Source: a virus (taxonomy: Duplodnaviria; Caudoviricetes). From it: a DNA stretch of 63,409 nt. Positions 29,901 to 38,000 of the stretch are shown here, one piece after another. The DNA is taken from IMG/VR virus record IMGVR_UViG_3300033125_000241, positions 1 through 63,409 of that record; one strand, given 5' to 3'. Position 1 is the stretch's first letter. Each line of letters starts with the position of its first letter. The notes below the pieces were generated by a model. It saw nothing but the letters and a program-made list of their open reading frames with translations. It searched no databases and was not told the origin of the DNA. The translations under genes were made by a program, and so were the position numbers.

Positions 29901-31361
29901 AATTGATTGAGCATACTTTTTTTGATCGTTAGCTAGTTTTTTAGCAGCATTATCTAAATCATTTAACTGCATGCTATAATTCTTTACTTGGTCTTGAATT
30001 ACATCATCAGTTAAGAATGCAGTTATTTTTGATTTAATATTTTTTTGAGCAGCTTTGTTTCCTGATGCTTTAGCTGATTGTAGTTCAGTATATAATAAAT
30101 CTATCCTAGCATCTCTAGCTCCAAACTCTTCTTTCTTTTTATTTTTATAAATTTTATATGTTTCTGAATTATAGAATTTTTCTAAATCTTTTATTCCTAA
30201 ACTTGGCTTAATAGATTTATTAATTTGTTCAGTCATTTCATCAAAAGATAAATTAGAGAACTTATCCTTATACTCATCAGATAATACATATTTTACAGTC
30301 TCTGGACGTATAATGAAATTTTTTGTTTTATTAGCTTCATCAAAATTAATAAAGCCACTATTTAATGTTTTTATTTTATTTTCTAATTCTATCGCAGTAT
30401 TGCTTTTTTCTTTAGATGCATTCTGCTCTAAAAAGTTTCTAAGCTTTAAAGCTTCCTCCGGGTTCTTCTCATCAAAACCAACTGTTAATTCTTTTGATTT
30501 ATCTTTATTATATACAGTTACATAGTCAGTACCAAATCCAGTTTGCTCAAAAGTGAATCCATATTTACTATATTTTTTAGCTAAAACATCAACAGCGTTC
30601 TCTTCAGTTTTACTGACTAATGACGTATTTATATCTGCAAATTGTAATTTAGGTTCTTGCTTTACTGTTTTTAATTCAGGCTTGTACTTAACATCTTTAC
30701 CATAACGTCTATTCAAAGCACCAACCGAACCTTCGTTTGTTACTGTTGACCATGACATAGCACCGGGTACTTTTCGTTCCCAATTACCATTATTTATTCT
30801 ATACTGGTTGTCTTTTTTCTCTTCATCATAGTTTGAGTAAACCTTATCAATAGGGTCTAGTGAAGCTGTTTTATTGAACTTTTTATTGAGTGTAGTGATT
30901 CTATTTGGATCAGTTATATCTTTATCATATACACTAAATTCCTTACCATTTTTTGTTTCAGTAAATCCATAGTCATACCATTTACCATCATAGTATCTAC
31001 GAATACCCTTGCCAGGATAGTCTAAATATTCACCAGGTAAAGAGTAATTACCTTGCTGATTTGAAGAGACCGATTGCTGTTTTGTCGCCTTGTTTGATCC
31101 ATCCAAAGAAGTAGCTTTTTGTTTTTGTGTTGATTGTGAAACCTCTTTTTTTTTTAATGGCTGACCACCTATCTTTAGTTCGGGAAACTTAGCATTCACA
31201 ACATCATAATCGTAATTATTTTTTTCTGCTGTTGCAACGTAGTCCTTTAATACTTGTTTGTTATATCCTTTCAATTCAGGGAATTTTCCAAATACAGTAT
31301 TCCAATCGTAGTTGTACTTCTGAGCCGTAGCAATGAAGTCTTTTAGAGTCTGTTCATTCAT
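20892..31361 (-). CDS. giant polyvalent internal-virion/ejection protein (zincin HExxH and ART-PolyVal-like domains)
   Basis: 3,489 aa; HEAMHH…AEEY; APNGKPSNL…FKKWFGDW…VVDENGEPL..YHGS…GFFFT…YDGVIV; last gene of the virion operon. Confidence 0.8.
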   Translation of the reverse strand: MNEQTLKDFIATAQKYNYDWNTVFGKFPELKGYNKQVLKDYVATAEKNNYDYDVVNAKFPELKIGGQPLKKKEVSQSTQKQKATSLDGSNKATKQQSVSSNQQGNYSLPGEYLDYPGKGIRRYYDGKWYDYGFTETKNGKEFSVYDKDITDPNRITTLNKKFNKTASLDPIDKVYSNYDEEKKDNQYRINNGNWERKVPGAMSWSTVTNEGSVGALNRRYGKDVKYKPELKTVKQEPKLQFADINTSLVSKTEENAVDVLAKKYSKYGFTFEQTGFGTDYVTVYNKDKSKELTVGFDEKNPEEALKLRNFLEQNASKEKSNTAIELENKIKTLNSGFINFDEANKTKNFIIRPETVKYVLSDEYKDKFSNLSFDEMTEQINKSIKPSLGIKDLEKFYNSETYKIYKNKKKEEFGARDARIDLLYTELQSAKASGNKAAQKNIKSKITAFLTDDVIQDQVKNYSMQLNDLDNAAKKLANDQKKYAQSIETFNKKSQSGQMSQEEFDQTKKMLDEQAESLSTRADFLMSSGKSIQKNQKKLNVIAGKYVTEKAKAGSFGGGIVNSFLTGFSKAIVEAPATLAISVQGAQASDDYDKLSPEEKQFYKNKGYSREQTKNLLVNERLKDFKSESRKVLVDAIGADQTTKEYMKSADRGFFEKAIYGVAESTPAMLLSLINPTASFTGLAAQSYSSIEDEMLDDPDFATSSVGERAMISVPYSLVMGVLENYGLKNVVKGESFAGGVVKNILAKSISKMPKNATREVLQSIIDKEVKSLIGKGLLKIANGAIAEFETGATQSLVLDVGLKSLYNKVKQSGMTEEEVQNLSGGEFFATPDTVGDVFSTVLEDGLAEAIGGATIGTFSTVASGLKNGNISLYDEKDLDYLKEISQDSEFKKLIVSNLKTEMLKGNLTKSEAQERLDAMNELTSVMESIPEELNAQDQIDAVNMLSEKNRLTKEIQGKDPALVTAQTERINEINEELKTISKNAVQVETTGEVPVQPEAAVGREVAQGESQAEPQVAAQESKAVQEVIDRRRSLLSETEQKKMDENPIEYARQSIKESIDSYESKQDRSPIEDDILNDLKNDYDVLTATEEDAKAKEILPQLANAERTLVQLGKNTNPNNTDEVTYTDLSDTSVKDDFTPFYKSIIDYLKKNDEVTIYDKANNKTYKFKLDGNTLVSTKVPNVKAAPVVQQAPVAQPAAQPTVRQTPQKNLVTSENVDQLRAQQTTPVAQKIYTAAKLAMKALPGVKVYVHNTTADFDQGIGEKSSEGSKGAYVDGEIHINLENGADVVTMLHEAMHHALVVKGVESGAMLDLAKGLKSVVSDKALKQRLDNFISGYDASETAEEYIAELGGIMAEAQQELTTTKFQQFKNLINKLAQKLGLPTVFSAAANAKNAVDFMNSLTKSIRTGQEIKTEEVKKTGKVKFQADFSDPLSKLTFVYDKNGEKFDQLKKEGYITDDKNLSDFAGKIIFLHQPDAAFSGTIYKDGELLVEGKGGVFYPIKFHDDGYFWASTKDTAKKMAEDLNKVFEQNNGTIYMALTSAPYDKLMSSTTMANAVLDFFSSKAFDKNFSITPTQLKTILNSAANATEEKKTLIKKDGVPVLDKKGNKQYKIKIVGLGTKFKINKSDSIDTVTSRIKELLNPDITSFEDRKTFAEELIRKAANIIKSNPKSVEQFGKLFSEGIQNKYFKGISKTGKISISAANMTQAISEMFTEPLLKEDINRKNGGQVYAIVELNGKVEPVDSDKHESYPKAIQSENKNNKVKIHILQDRQNWADVFIDPETGETISKDRQKKLFPTSGVSTMGLELKGKPKFQKGETKESKINIYGQDFTDLFKELGIPFEYLADIKDKNIPDFLGGKNKKITELRDSLLKSINYRLDLLKEDLEKQSRKITNSDSDFEFRRSLINKKTDKVLSLERLKSSIEENLLSESDIEISIGNKPSKPKFQKTAPNGKPSNLNDKQWNQVRTPEFKKWFGDWENDPVNASKVVDENGEPLMTYHGSKGGFDEFKTEYLGGATGADITKMGFFFTNNENVAKTFQFISQEPNIDELTKIVSSMSYDEMVEFNDAVMKTRHFRKGGEITGEDDESYEDFLKDIENDSQPSNSYDSFGYMGKVVDFLKSKGIEFNPYVGGEMYKVFLNIRNPFEIDANGDLLDNSEEISYDENKYDGVIVKNTLDSIPLSERDGGIESDVFITKNPKAIKSATENVGTFSTETRNIKFQKANTQQEAIQKAKEKYILSVDQRGNPHKQGVDAALNDLRKSDWYKNTDDTQRENAERELKEFFGEKLKKAPSVAKILGKPKPKKVTVNEMTAYKNELRLQAKAAREAKGDLNAKRKALAAAISGMVKLGKIKAAQAGVLIKRISNLNLDNPVLVERFVNYAAKVFERSDYQQRLDDAFKLRKSIRKALKTDNQAEVVGMAKEFANIDPSMVDDIDTYIAMAEKVANAVKPSRVKGLDVVMKEAANIAEVSEYTNQEITRQEDIQKQELLATYDFLDNEMSLKDMQDVINALKDPTSQMDTTEKEKYVKDYLNGRFGIMSSILDTMLKTGIDPMTGEEITFDEKQKELIKRALNIDLNEMSVRDAIKIVESLENFITNQITSGLEAAVSSYEGAVNAKSLVARGKKAKSLRLFFSNYVGKIYSEQLFSLPMLMEKMFGGVTNSLNMMNKMGLIKLINGVNKANRQHNDILDQYSKQPFYSTKNALGKYVMNKDFMDAENVYERGMLAFLKRNLIGSPTEMKAEFERRVRMIQESINKLIEDGDSKEQKMGELYQKIYDKLGVSEMDMDVINSNASKNNLDAVNWWVNQWSQHYSDLSDISLSVYNTQLGSDLNYTPDKYKRLSSENQSLDEGAVERNGAFAISIDYTDKNKTGVLMETTRPNVMPDGRYISLDFDTNNSKALKSALTDINTASAIRQVDGFINSKSFKKLIPESEDRAILTKRINSYIRRAKGKNVVPSDTIQYLNKLVNFATALGVGKALGGINQAVSQTIPVMVNTVVNAGRFDFAGADFNAWLNESGLPISNRGLESQSTVQSIDRKIDMKGTGVQEALKSVTDLNQWYLKQFLVKPDVFVARSSFKSYYLQNLKRRGISTDIDWTTHKMDMEAAEYAQAMIDRQQNISDPMLAGEFLSSDDPIKQIARKIVLPFASFILNQKARMYNDFQTIASKTATKEDKIIAFRSLAGLGAELAAYQMIGFGIRRLYDMIAASLLGDDDDEETKKKKLINATKYPVKSIVNDIVSPIPMMDGLTTWGLNQSLAQYPWMSDKEIKDAVNSRNKVLELKGEYPMDEKTEAEYINKIKEEAKYQVFEDEFDRSYGMIGIAGSTYQELGEIGKLATTGEFTDEYQGRETTKKLLESDRKKVAYAVPFMVAYSTGLLPKDIGSIGRNYVNRIKKKAVTEKQYERYDAVQKELGRNLKSWEVELIKNKKESETAISEIEFIERNGGLTERQGREYIKVMKAIGEPGIRDIIDIKDGKTADQILK

Positions 31362-31364
31362 ATG

Positions 31365-31372
31365 CAAATATA
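31365..31372 (-). promoter_or_regulatory. -7 promoter element TATATTTG
   Basis: 3 nt before ATG 31361. Confidence 0.6.
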
Positions 31373-31376
31373 CTTA

Positions 31377-32906
31377 TTATCTAGGATTTCCACCACTATT
31401 ACTAGCTCCTCCTGTTGTATTTCCTCCTGTAGATTGACTACTACCACTTTGACCTACTTTATATGTACCAGGCAATGTGTAATTATTCAACTTGAAGAAA
31501 TCATTCTTACCGCTATTATATATAGAAGTAGGTAGATTTTTTTGCTTATCCATTCCTTTTACATATTGAGATAATCCATCAGCTGAATATACTTTTACTT
31601 TTTTAGCTCTTGGATCATTACTATAAGTTCCACTTCTTTCATCATAAGCTCTTTTTGTAACCTCTACATATTTTTTACCTGAGTCAGAACCTTTTTTGAA
31701 GTTATATTGATCGTTGTCAAGGTTAGAAAAATCACCTTGATCTAATGCTCTATTTGATGCTATATATGCAGCTACTGCAAAATTTTGAGGATCTACTTTG
31801 CTGCTTCCGCCTCCGCCTCCGCCACCACCATAATATTGTGGTTCATCAAGCTCAACCTTTCTCTCTAGTCTTGCCTTAATAGCAGTTTCAGTTGTCTCTC
31901 TTGCTTTTTTGACTTGACTATTTGTTAAGTTAGGTTGATATACACCTTGATCATCTTGAGCTAAAAATATAAATTTGTCTTTCTCCCCGTCAATAAATTT
32001 AGTTAGCTCATCACCACTTAAAGCAGCTTTATTATTTTGTGACCTAAAATCATTTTCTTTGGCCACTCTATCTTCAAGCTTGTTTTTTAAATCATCACTG
32101 CTATAATAAAAATCATAACCTCCGTCAGTATTATCAGTTAAAATACTTGTAATTGCTCTTGGGTTACTCATGATTCCTTGAGTTAAATCATATATTGATT
32201 TTTGAACAGCAGGATTTTGAAGAGCATCCGTTACAGTTTTACTTCCTGATTCAATAATCCAAGAAGCTAATCCTTTAGTTTTTTCATCAGCTATTGAAGC
32301 CAAATCAATTTTATCGTCAAGTATATTACCAGGCTTACCTATAGACCTAACGTCAATTATACTTGATGGGTCAAACATTCCATCTTTATTTAATTGACCA
32401 ATTACAAAATTTCCGTTAGTTGGGTCTATTTGTACTTTTTTATTTTTAAGATCTCCTAGTTGAGCAATTCTACTATTCAATTCTAACTCTAAACCAGAAC
32501 CTAATCCTTCTTGCTGTCTTTTTAATGCTTCTTGCATTTGTTGGTCATAAGTTTTTGCAGTATTAGCAAATGTAGACCAACTATCCATCAAGTTGTTTAT
32601 TCGATTCTTATATTCAAGAGGAGTAATCTGACCAGATTTTAATAAACGATTCCATTGCATCATGGATTGTCTACCATCATTTGACCCTGATAAAATCAAT
32701 TGATTTAAAGATTGACTTTTACCAAGTTCTGTGTTTTGTAATATTAAACTATTATCATATTGTAATTTATCAAGTGCTTTTCTTTCGGCTTCTCTTGACT
32801 CACCAATTTCAGTAATAGTACTAACTAAACCACCAGTAAGCTTAGCCCAATCTATTGGATTACTTGCTGGTATAAATCCTGTATATTCGTTATTTCTAGA
32901 TGCCAT
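31377..32906 (-). CDS. putative internal virion (ejection) protein
   Basis: helical, G/S-rich tail, between the other core genes. Confidence 0.6.
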   Translation of the reverse strand: MASRNNEYTGFIPASNPIDWAKLTGGLVSTITEIGESREAERKALDKLQYDNSLILQNTELGKSQSLNQLILSGSNDGRQSMMQWNRLLKSGQITPLEYKNRINNLMDSWSTFANTAKTYDQQMQEALKRQQEGLGSGLELELNSRIAQLGDLKNKKVQIDPTNGNFVIGQLNKDGMFDPSSIIDVRSIGKPGNILDDKIDLASIADEKTKGLASWIIESGSKTVTDALQNPAVQKSIYDLTQGIMSNPRAITSILTDNTDGGYDFYYSSDDLKNKLEDRVAKENDFRSQNNKAALSGDELTKFIDGEKDKFIFLAQDDQGVYQPNLTNSQVKKARETTETAIKARLERKVELDEPQYYGGGGGGGGSSKVDPQNFAVAAYIASNRALDQGDFSNLDNDQYNFKKGSDSGKKYVEVTKRAYDERSGTYSNDPRAKKVKVYSADGLSQYVKGMDKQKNLPTSIYNSGKNDFFKLNNYTLPGTYKVGQSGSSQSTGGNTTGGASNSGGNPR

Positions 32907-32909
32907 TTT

Positions 32910-33626
32910 TTAAGGTTGTTGTAAAGCCCAATTCCAATTATTTTGATTTGGTTGATTTAATGCCCAATCCCAACTATTTTGTGTAGGTTGTTGAACTTTA
33001 TTAGTCAAAACACCATAACCTGGTTCTCCTTGACTAGCTGTTTGGCCAACATTAAATTTTGTTGTTGCGTTTGACTTTTTGTACAAATCAACCGCTTTAG
33101 ATCCACTAGTTAAAGCAGTACTTGCTGAACTAAACATTCCTTCAATCGCAGCATTACGACTTTCCTCAGCAGCAGCTCTTTGCATTTGAGCACTTTGAAG
33201 CTCATTTATTCCTGCATAAAAATCACGTTCAGCTTTTCTTGATTGAATACCTTGCTCTGCCTCAGCTTGAGCCATATCTCTTTGATATTGAGCTTGATTT
33301 GCTTGAGCAGCTAAATTTAAAGTTTGCTCATTACCAGCTTGTAGTACATTTCCTACACCACCAATAACTCCCTCAGCACCTGCACCTTGCAATGATTGTA
33401 ATGCTTGAGCTTCTGCTTGAGCTTGTGATTGTTGTGCTAAATTAAACCCAAGTGTTGGAACTTGAACTTGCTTAAATGCATTAAACTCTTTGATATTCTT
33501 TAATTCACCTGCCGCTTTAGCTGCCGCTTGTGATGCTGTTTTCATATCTTTACTTGACTTAATTGCTTGAGCTGCACTCAAACCTAGACCACCTAAAGCT
33601 ATTATCGTTCCTGTTACTGCTGCCAT
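32910..33626 (-). CDS. putative internal virion protein (A/Q/G-rich, T7 gp14-like position)
   Basis: hydrophobic MAAVTGTIIALGGLGL start; Ala/Gln coiled coil. Confidence 0.65.
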   Translation of the reverse strand: MAAVTGTIIALGGLGLSAAQAIKSSKDMKTASQAAAKAAGELKNIKEFNAFKQVQVPTLGFNLAQQSQAQAEAQALQSLQGAGAEGVIGGVGNVLQAGNEQTLNLAAQANQAQYQRDMAQAEAEQGIQSRKAERDFYAGINELQSAQMQRAAAEESRNAAIEGMFSSASTALTSGSKAVDLYKKSNATTKFNVGQTASQGEPGYGVLTNKVQQPTQNSWDWALNQPNQNNWNWALQQP

Positions 33627-33627
33627 G

Positions 33628-34029
33628 TTATAATATTTTAACCATTTCTTGACAATTGCTATCACCTTTTTCAAATCCGCAATTGCTATATCTATCAATT
33701 AGACTTTTGCTCTTCAGTGATGTATAAATATATTTAAAATCACCTGCATCTTTAACTAATTCTATCAACACACTTATAAGAAATTCAAGAGCCTCATGCC
33801 TATCATTTTCTCTATAGTGGAAGTTTGAAACAATGAATTCAATCCAGGCTGCTTTTGAGTTAGTAAAATAAACAAAACCAGCACATATCTCAACACCATC
33901 TTTCGAAACCATTACACCGCCTTGACCATTCTCTGGCAACATATCGGCAGGTGGTGGTGTCCATCTCCAATCTTTCCACCATGATGATAATGTCTCATAA
34001 TCATTATTGTTTAAGAATCGAACTTCCAT
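33628..34029 (-). CDS. GNAT-like protein (T7 gp13-like position)
   Basis: ICAGFVY…WIEFIVSN…YSNCGF; TAAATTTG promoter at 34033-34040. Confidence 0.6.
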   Translation of the reverse strand: MEVRFLNNNDYETLSSWWKDWRWTPPPADMLPENGQGGVMVSKDGVEICAGFVYFTNSKAAWIEFIVSNFHYRENDRHEALEFLISVLIELVKDAGDFKYIYTSLKSKSLIDRYSNCGFEKGDSNCQEMVKIL

Positions 34030-34037
34030 ACACAAAT

Positions 34038-35060
34038 TTACAGAAAACTTTTGAATACTGAAGTACCTACGGCAAACAATTTAACTTGCTCTATTGAATC
34101 GTTATATAGATAAACATTCATGTAATAACCTCTTTGACCAAATGACTCAGCTTGGCTATTTTTAACACATATTAAGAAATCAGTTGTTAATGGTATAGTT
34201 CCAATAGTCGTGTCAATAGTAATTGAGTTTATAGATAGGTCAACTATTATACCAACAAGAACTAAAGTTCCACCTGACTCTTTATATAACTTGTCACCTA
34301 TACTAATACTTGAGTCTATATTAAAAAGAAAGTCAGCTACAACAGCAGATGGTGTTGTCGAGTCAACACTATCTGCCGAACCAATTCCTTGAGTAGATAA
34401 TGCCTTCACGTCAATCGTGTTGTCAAATCGTCTTATGTAGGCAAACCATTGATCTTCCTTCTCAACAAAGTATGTGTAGTCAATAGACCCGGCACTTATA
34501 TTGGTATATAAGTCAGCAGTCCATGGATGCGTACTATTAAGTGATAGTGTATTGAATACTTTAGTAACGAGTGGATCAGTATTAAAAATAGTTCTTATAC
34601 TTGATTGATATTGTTGATTATAGAAGTTATTCCTTGTTGTATTTATATTATGTCTCCACAACTCACCTTCTTTAAATGTGTAAAATATGCTATTCATCTC
34701 AGTCATCCAATCAGGCTGATAAGACCAAAATGAATTCCACCCTTCAGCTACCTTTGAGTATGTTATTGTTCTTCTAGGCATGCATTCCTCTATATCGAAC
34801 GCAGAGAAATATGTTGTGTCACTATTATTAACCCAATCACCTATAGGACATTCTACATCATCATTTAAAATCCATAACACTGGCTCTTCTCCGTAAAAAC
34901 CAAAAAGCCAACTTATACCACTCCATGCAATTGTAAAGGTCTCTCCATCATAAACGAATTCATAGTAGTTTCTCTCATTTATAACACCATTGGCAGTTAC
35001 TTCTATGCTTACAGGCTCTTGACCTATGGGGGTGTAGTTTATTTTTATGCAATCACACAT
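34038..35060 (-). CDS. tail nozzle/stabilisation protein, C-terminal part with extra N-terminal domain
   Basis: TITYS…GWNSFWSYQPDW…FYTFKEGELWRH. Confidence 0.6.
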   Translation of the reverse strand: MCDCIKINYTPIGQEPVSIEVTANGVINERNYYEFVYDGETFTIAWSGISWLFGFYGEEPVLWILNDDVECPIGDWVNNSDTTYFSAFDIEECMPRRTITYSKVAEGWNSFWSYQPDWMTEMNSIFYTFKEGELWRHNINTTRNNFYNQQYQSSIRTIFNTDPLVTKVFNTLSLNSTHPWTADLYTNISAGSIDYTYFVEKEDQWFAYIRRFDNTIDVKALSTQGIGSADSVDSTTPSAVVADFLFNIDSSISIGDKLYKESGGTLVLVGIIVDLSINSITIDTTIGTIPLTTDFLICVKNSQAESFGQRGYYMNVYLYNDSIEQVKLFAVGTSVFKSFL

Positions 35061-35065
35061 ATATA

Positions 35066-38000
35066 TTATTTTTTGGCCTTTAATTTAAATTCACCTGGAG
35101 AACTCTCACTTTCTTGAGTTAACGTGAATGTTATACTTTCACTATCGCAATAATCAACTTTAATATCAACAGTTCTTGTTTCTTTTTCATTACTAGTAAC
35201 ATTAGCTATTATATCTTGATCGCCATATCCTGCACTTACATTCAGTGTTAACCAATCAGTGCCATCTCCAGTATCTTCTAAAGCAACATCCCAATATGTA
35301 TTAGACATAATAGAGAACATAATAAATGGAAAACCAAATGTATTCCATGGAAGCGTTAAAACACTTTGACTAATTGAAAGGTCACAACTACCTTGTCTTA
35401 CATTGGTAAATGACAAAACATAAGTCTCATTATATGGGTCATATGTTCCAAGCTTCTGAGTATTAGGATTATCTTTTAATTCATCTCTAAAATAATTCTT
35501 CATACCATTTGCTGATATCTCCATAACTTGATCACCTACCATTTGCAATACTGCTCCTCTCCTAGCGTCAGTAAAGAATACAATATTAGCAAACTTTGCA
35601 AAGCTCTCAGGATTATTACTGATACCATACTCAGATGGATGAACTACTTGGTTACCTAATACTTCAGGAACAGAGGCCACTTGACCACCTCCAACAGCGT
35701 CAACTAACAAGTTCTTTCCATAAAGAACTGAAGTTATTTTGTCCTGCTGTAATACCATTAAGTTAGTATCTAATGCGTACAGTTTTTGAATCGGTCCGTA
35801 CTGCTTATCTAAATTCTTGAAATTCGCTTGAGATAAATTAAAAGAGTTCAATCGATTGGTTGATGTATCTCCCTTATAGATACCACTGTAGCAAAGTGAT
35901 GCAATTTTCTCTTCCTGCTTGTAGTCCTCAATAACGCTTGTTGCTCTTGGACTATATTTCATTGTAGGCCTCAAGAAGTTATCATAAATCCTATATGACT
36001 CAACACCATTACCAAAAGCAAAAGCATTGAAGTCTGAGTTATCTGACGTTACATTGTTTAGTTCAACTACAAGTGAAATTGGTGATGGAGATGCATTTAA
36101 ATCTTGATCACTTTCCCATGGTTTATAGAATACCTTTCCTGGAGTAGATGGACCTGCACCTGGAAATGCTAAGTCTATAACTATGGCATAATCAGTAACA
36201 TAAATTATATTATATGGTGTTGTTGTTGGTGGTGGAGGCCCATAAGATGGGTCACTAGTTTCAACATAAACAACTTCACCAACATTGAATGAGTGCATCA
36301 AATCAGTTGATGTGGGATTATTAGGGTCTAAAGGACCTAATACTGTATATCCTGCTGCTGCTGGAACAGGTGGAACTAATCCACTACCATCAGTAAAATC
36401 AGCATAAGGCCATGATACCATGTGATTACCATTCTCAATTCGATATGTCTTACGCATTTCGTAGAACACATCTATATCTGAAATCAATGGAACTGTCTCA
36501 GCTGATAATTGAACTGTTGGAGTTTGAGTTATTTCTATTTCAGTCTGTATTTCATTTCTATTACAAACATAATTATCTCCAACCCCTCTAATTAGCATGC
36601 ATAAAGTTCCATTTACATCTTCTTCTATATAATTACTTTGGTCAGTTAAAGAAGGGTCTGTAGAGTATTGTGGTGTTGTAGTTGATGATCTTCTAAATAT
36701 TACATTATTAGCAGAAGTAATTAGAGTATCACTAAAATCTTTATATTGAAACGTTTGATAAGCTCCAGATTTCCAAAACCACTCTTCTAAATTTTTATAG
36801 TAATTGTCAGAAGTCCAACTATTATTTTGATTTCTAACAGGTGCTGATGGATCAGTAGGAGCATAATCTCTTAGTATATTAATTTGTATGTTAGCTCCTG
36901 GATATATTGGATCGTTATAAGCTAATATAGCGTGACCTCCATATTCATCTGGAAGTATATTTCCCATGTCATTATCTAAAGGAATACCACTATATGAAGA
37001 TATATCATCTATTACTGTTGATGAAAATATGTACGGACCTACAATAGGTATAGGATTTGTAACTCCATTACATCTTACATTAAATACATATATATCGCCT
37101 ATATTATAATTACCATCATCAAAATATAATTCAAAATCTGGTGGATCTCCATAAGTAGGTGTAAGTGCTATTGCCAAAAAATAAGAAGAAGTTGAAGGAG
37201 GTATTGATATTGATGACCCCCAACCAGTGTCAGAATCTGGAGCAGTAGATACTTGAAATTGTGTTTCTGAAACTATTCTTATTGATATTCTGTAGTCCTT
37301 ACTTAATTCTCCACCTGCATAAGCATATTCTATATTTATGTTAGGAGAACCTGCCTGAAATGGCTCTATTAATGTATTATCGCCTGTTCCAGAATAAAAA
37401 GATTTTTCAAACGTAACATCAGTTGATCTATATACTACTGGACTAACTGTTTGATCTCCAAGACAAGTAATATTTGCATTATTCTTAGGTCCTCTACCTT
37501 GTCCTGAAGCAGTAATGGTTTCTGATTCAGGTTCACTTAAAAATACATCAACAGGATCGGCCTTTATTTTAAAATATAAACCCTCAGTAGAAAAAGGAGC
37601 TGTTGCTGTTTTATACTCAAGCTCAAGTACTTTGAATTGTTTATCTGAATGAGTGGCAATACCATTAGCAGTTTTAAATATAATATAACCACCAACAGTT
37701 ATTTTATCCCTATCTGATTCATTGATTAAGAAATATCTAAATACACCATCAACTACAAATATTCTTGGAAATATGTTGTAATAATCGCCTTGAGCTTGCT
37801 TTATAACAAATCTATAATTTGTAGCCCAATAAGGTGGCTCATTGTTTAGAGTTAATTCTATTGAATTTGCAGTATCTGAATTAAGAGATGGAATATATAG
37901 TGTATTTGTTTTACTTGTTAATGCAGTAGTCATTCTTCCATATTCATCTAAGTATACAATGCCTATCTCATAATCACGATCACTTCTAAATGTTTTCTTA

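Noticed and set aside
24484-30525. + strand ORFs inside the giant gene, and similar antisense ORFs in the portal, terminase and groEL genes
   Set aside because: Shadow frames of long genes, with no start signals or motifs.
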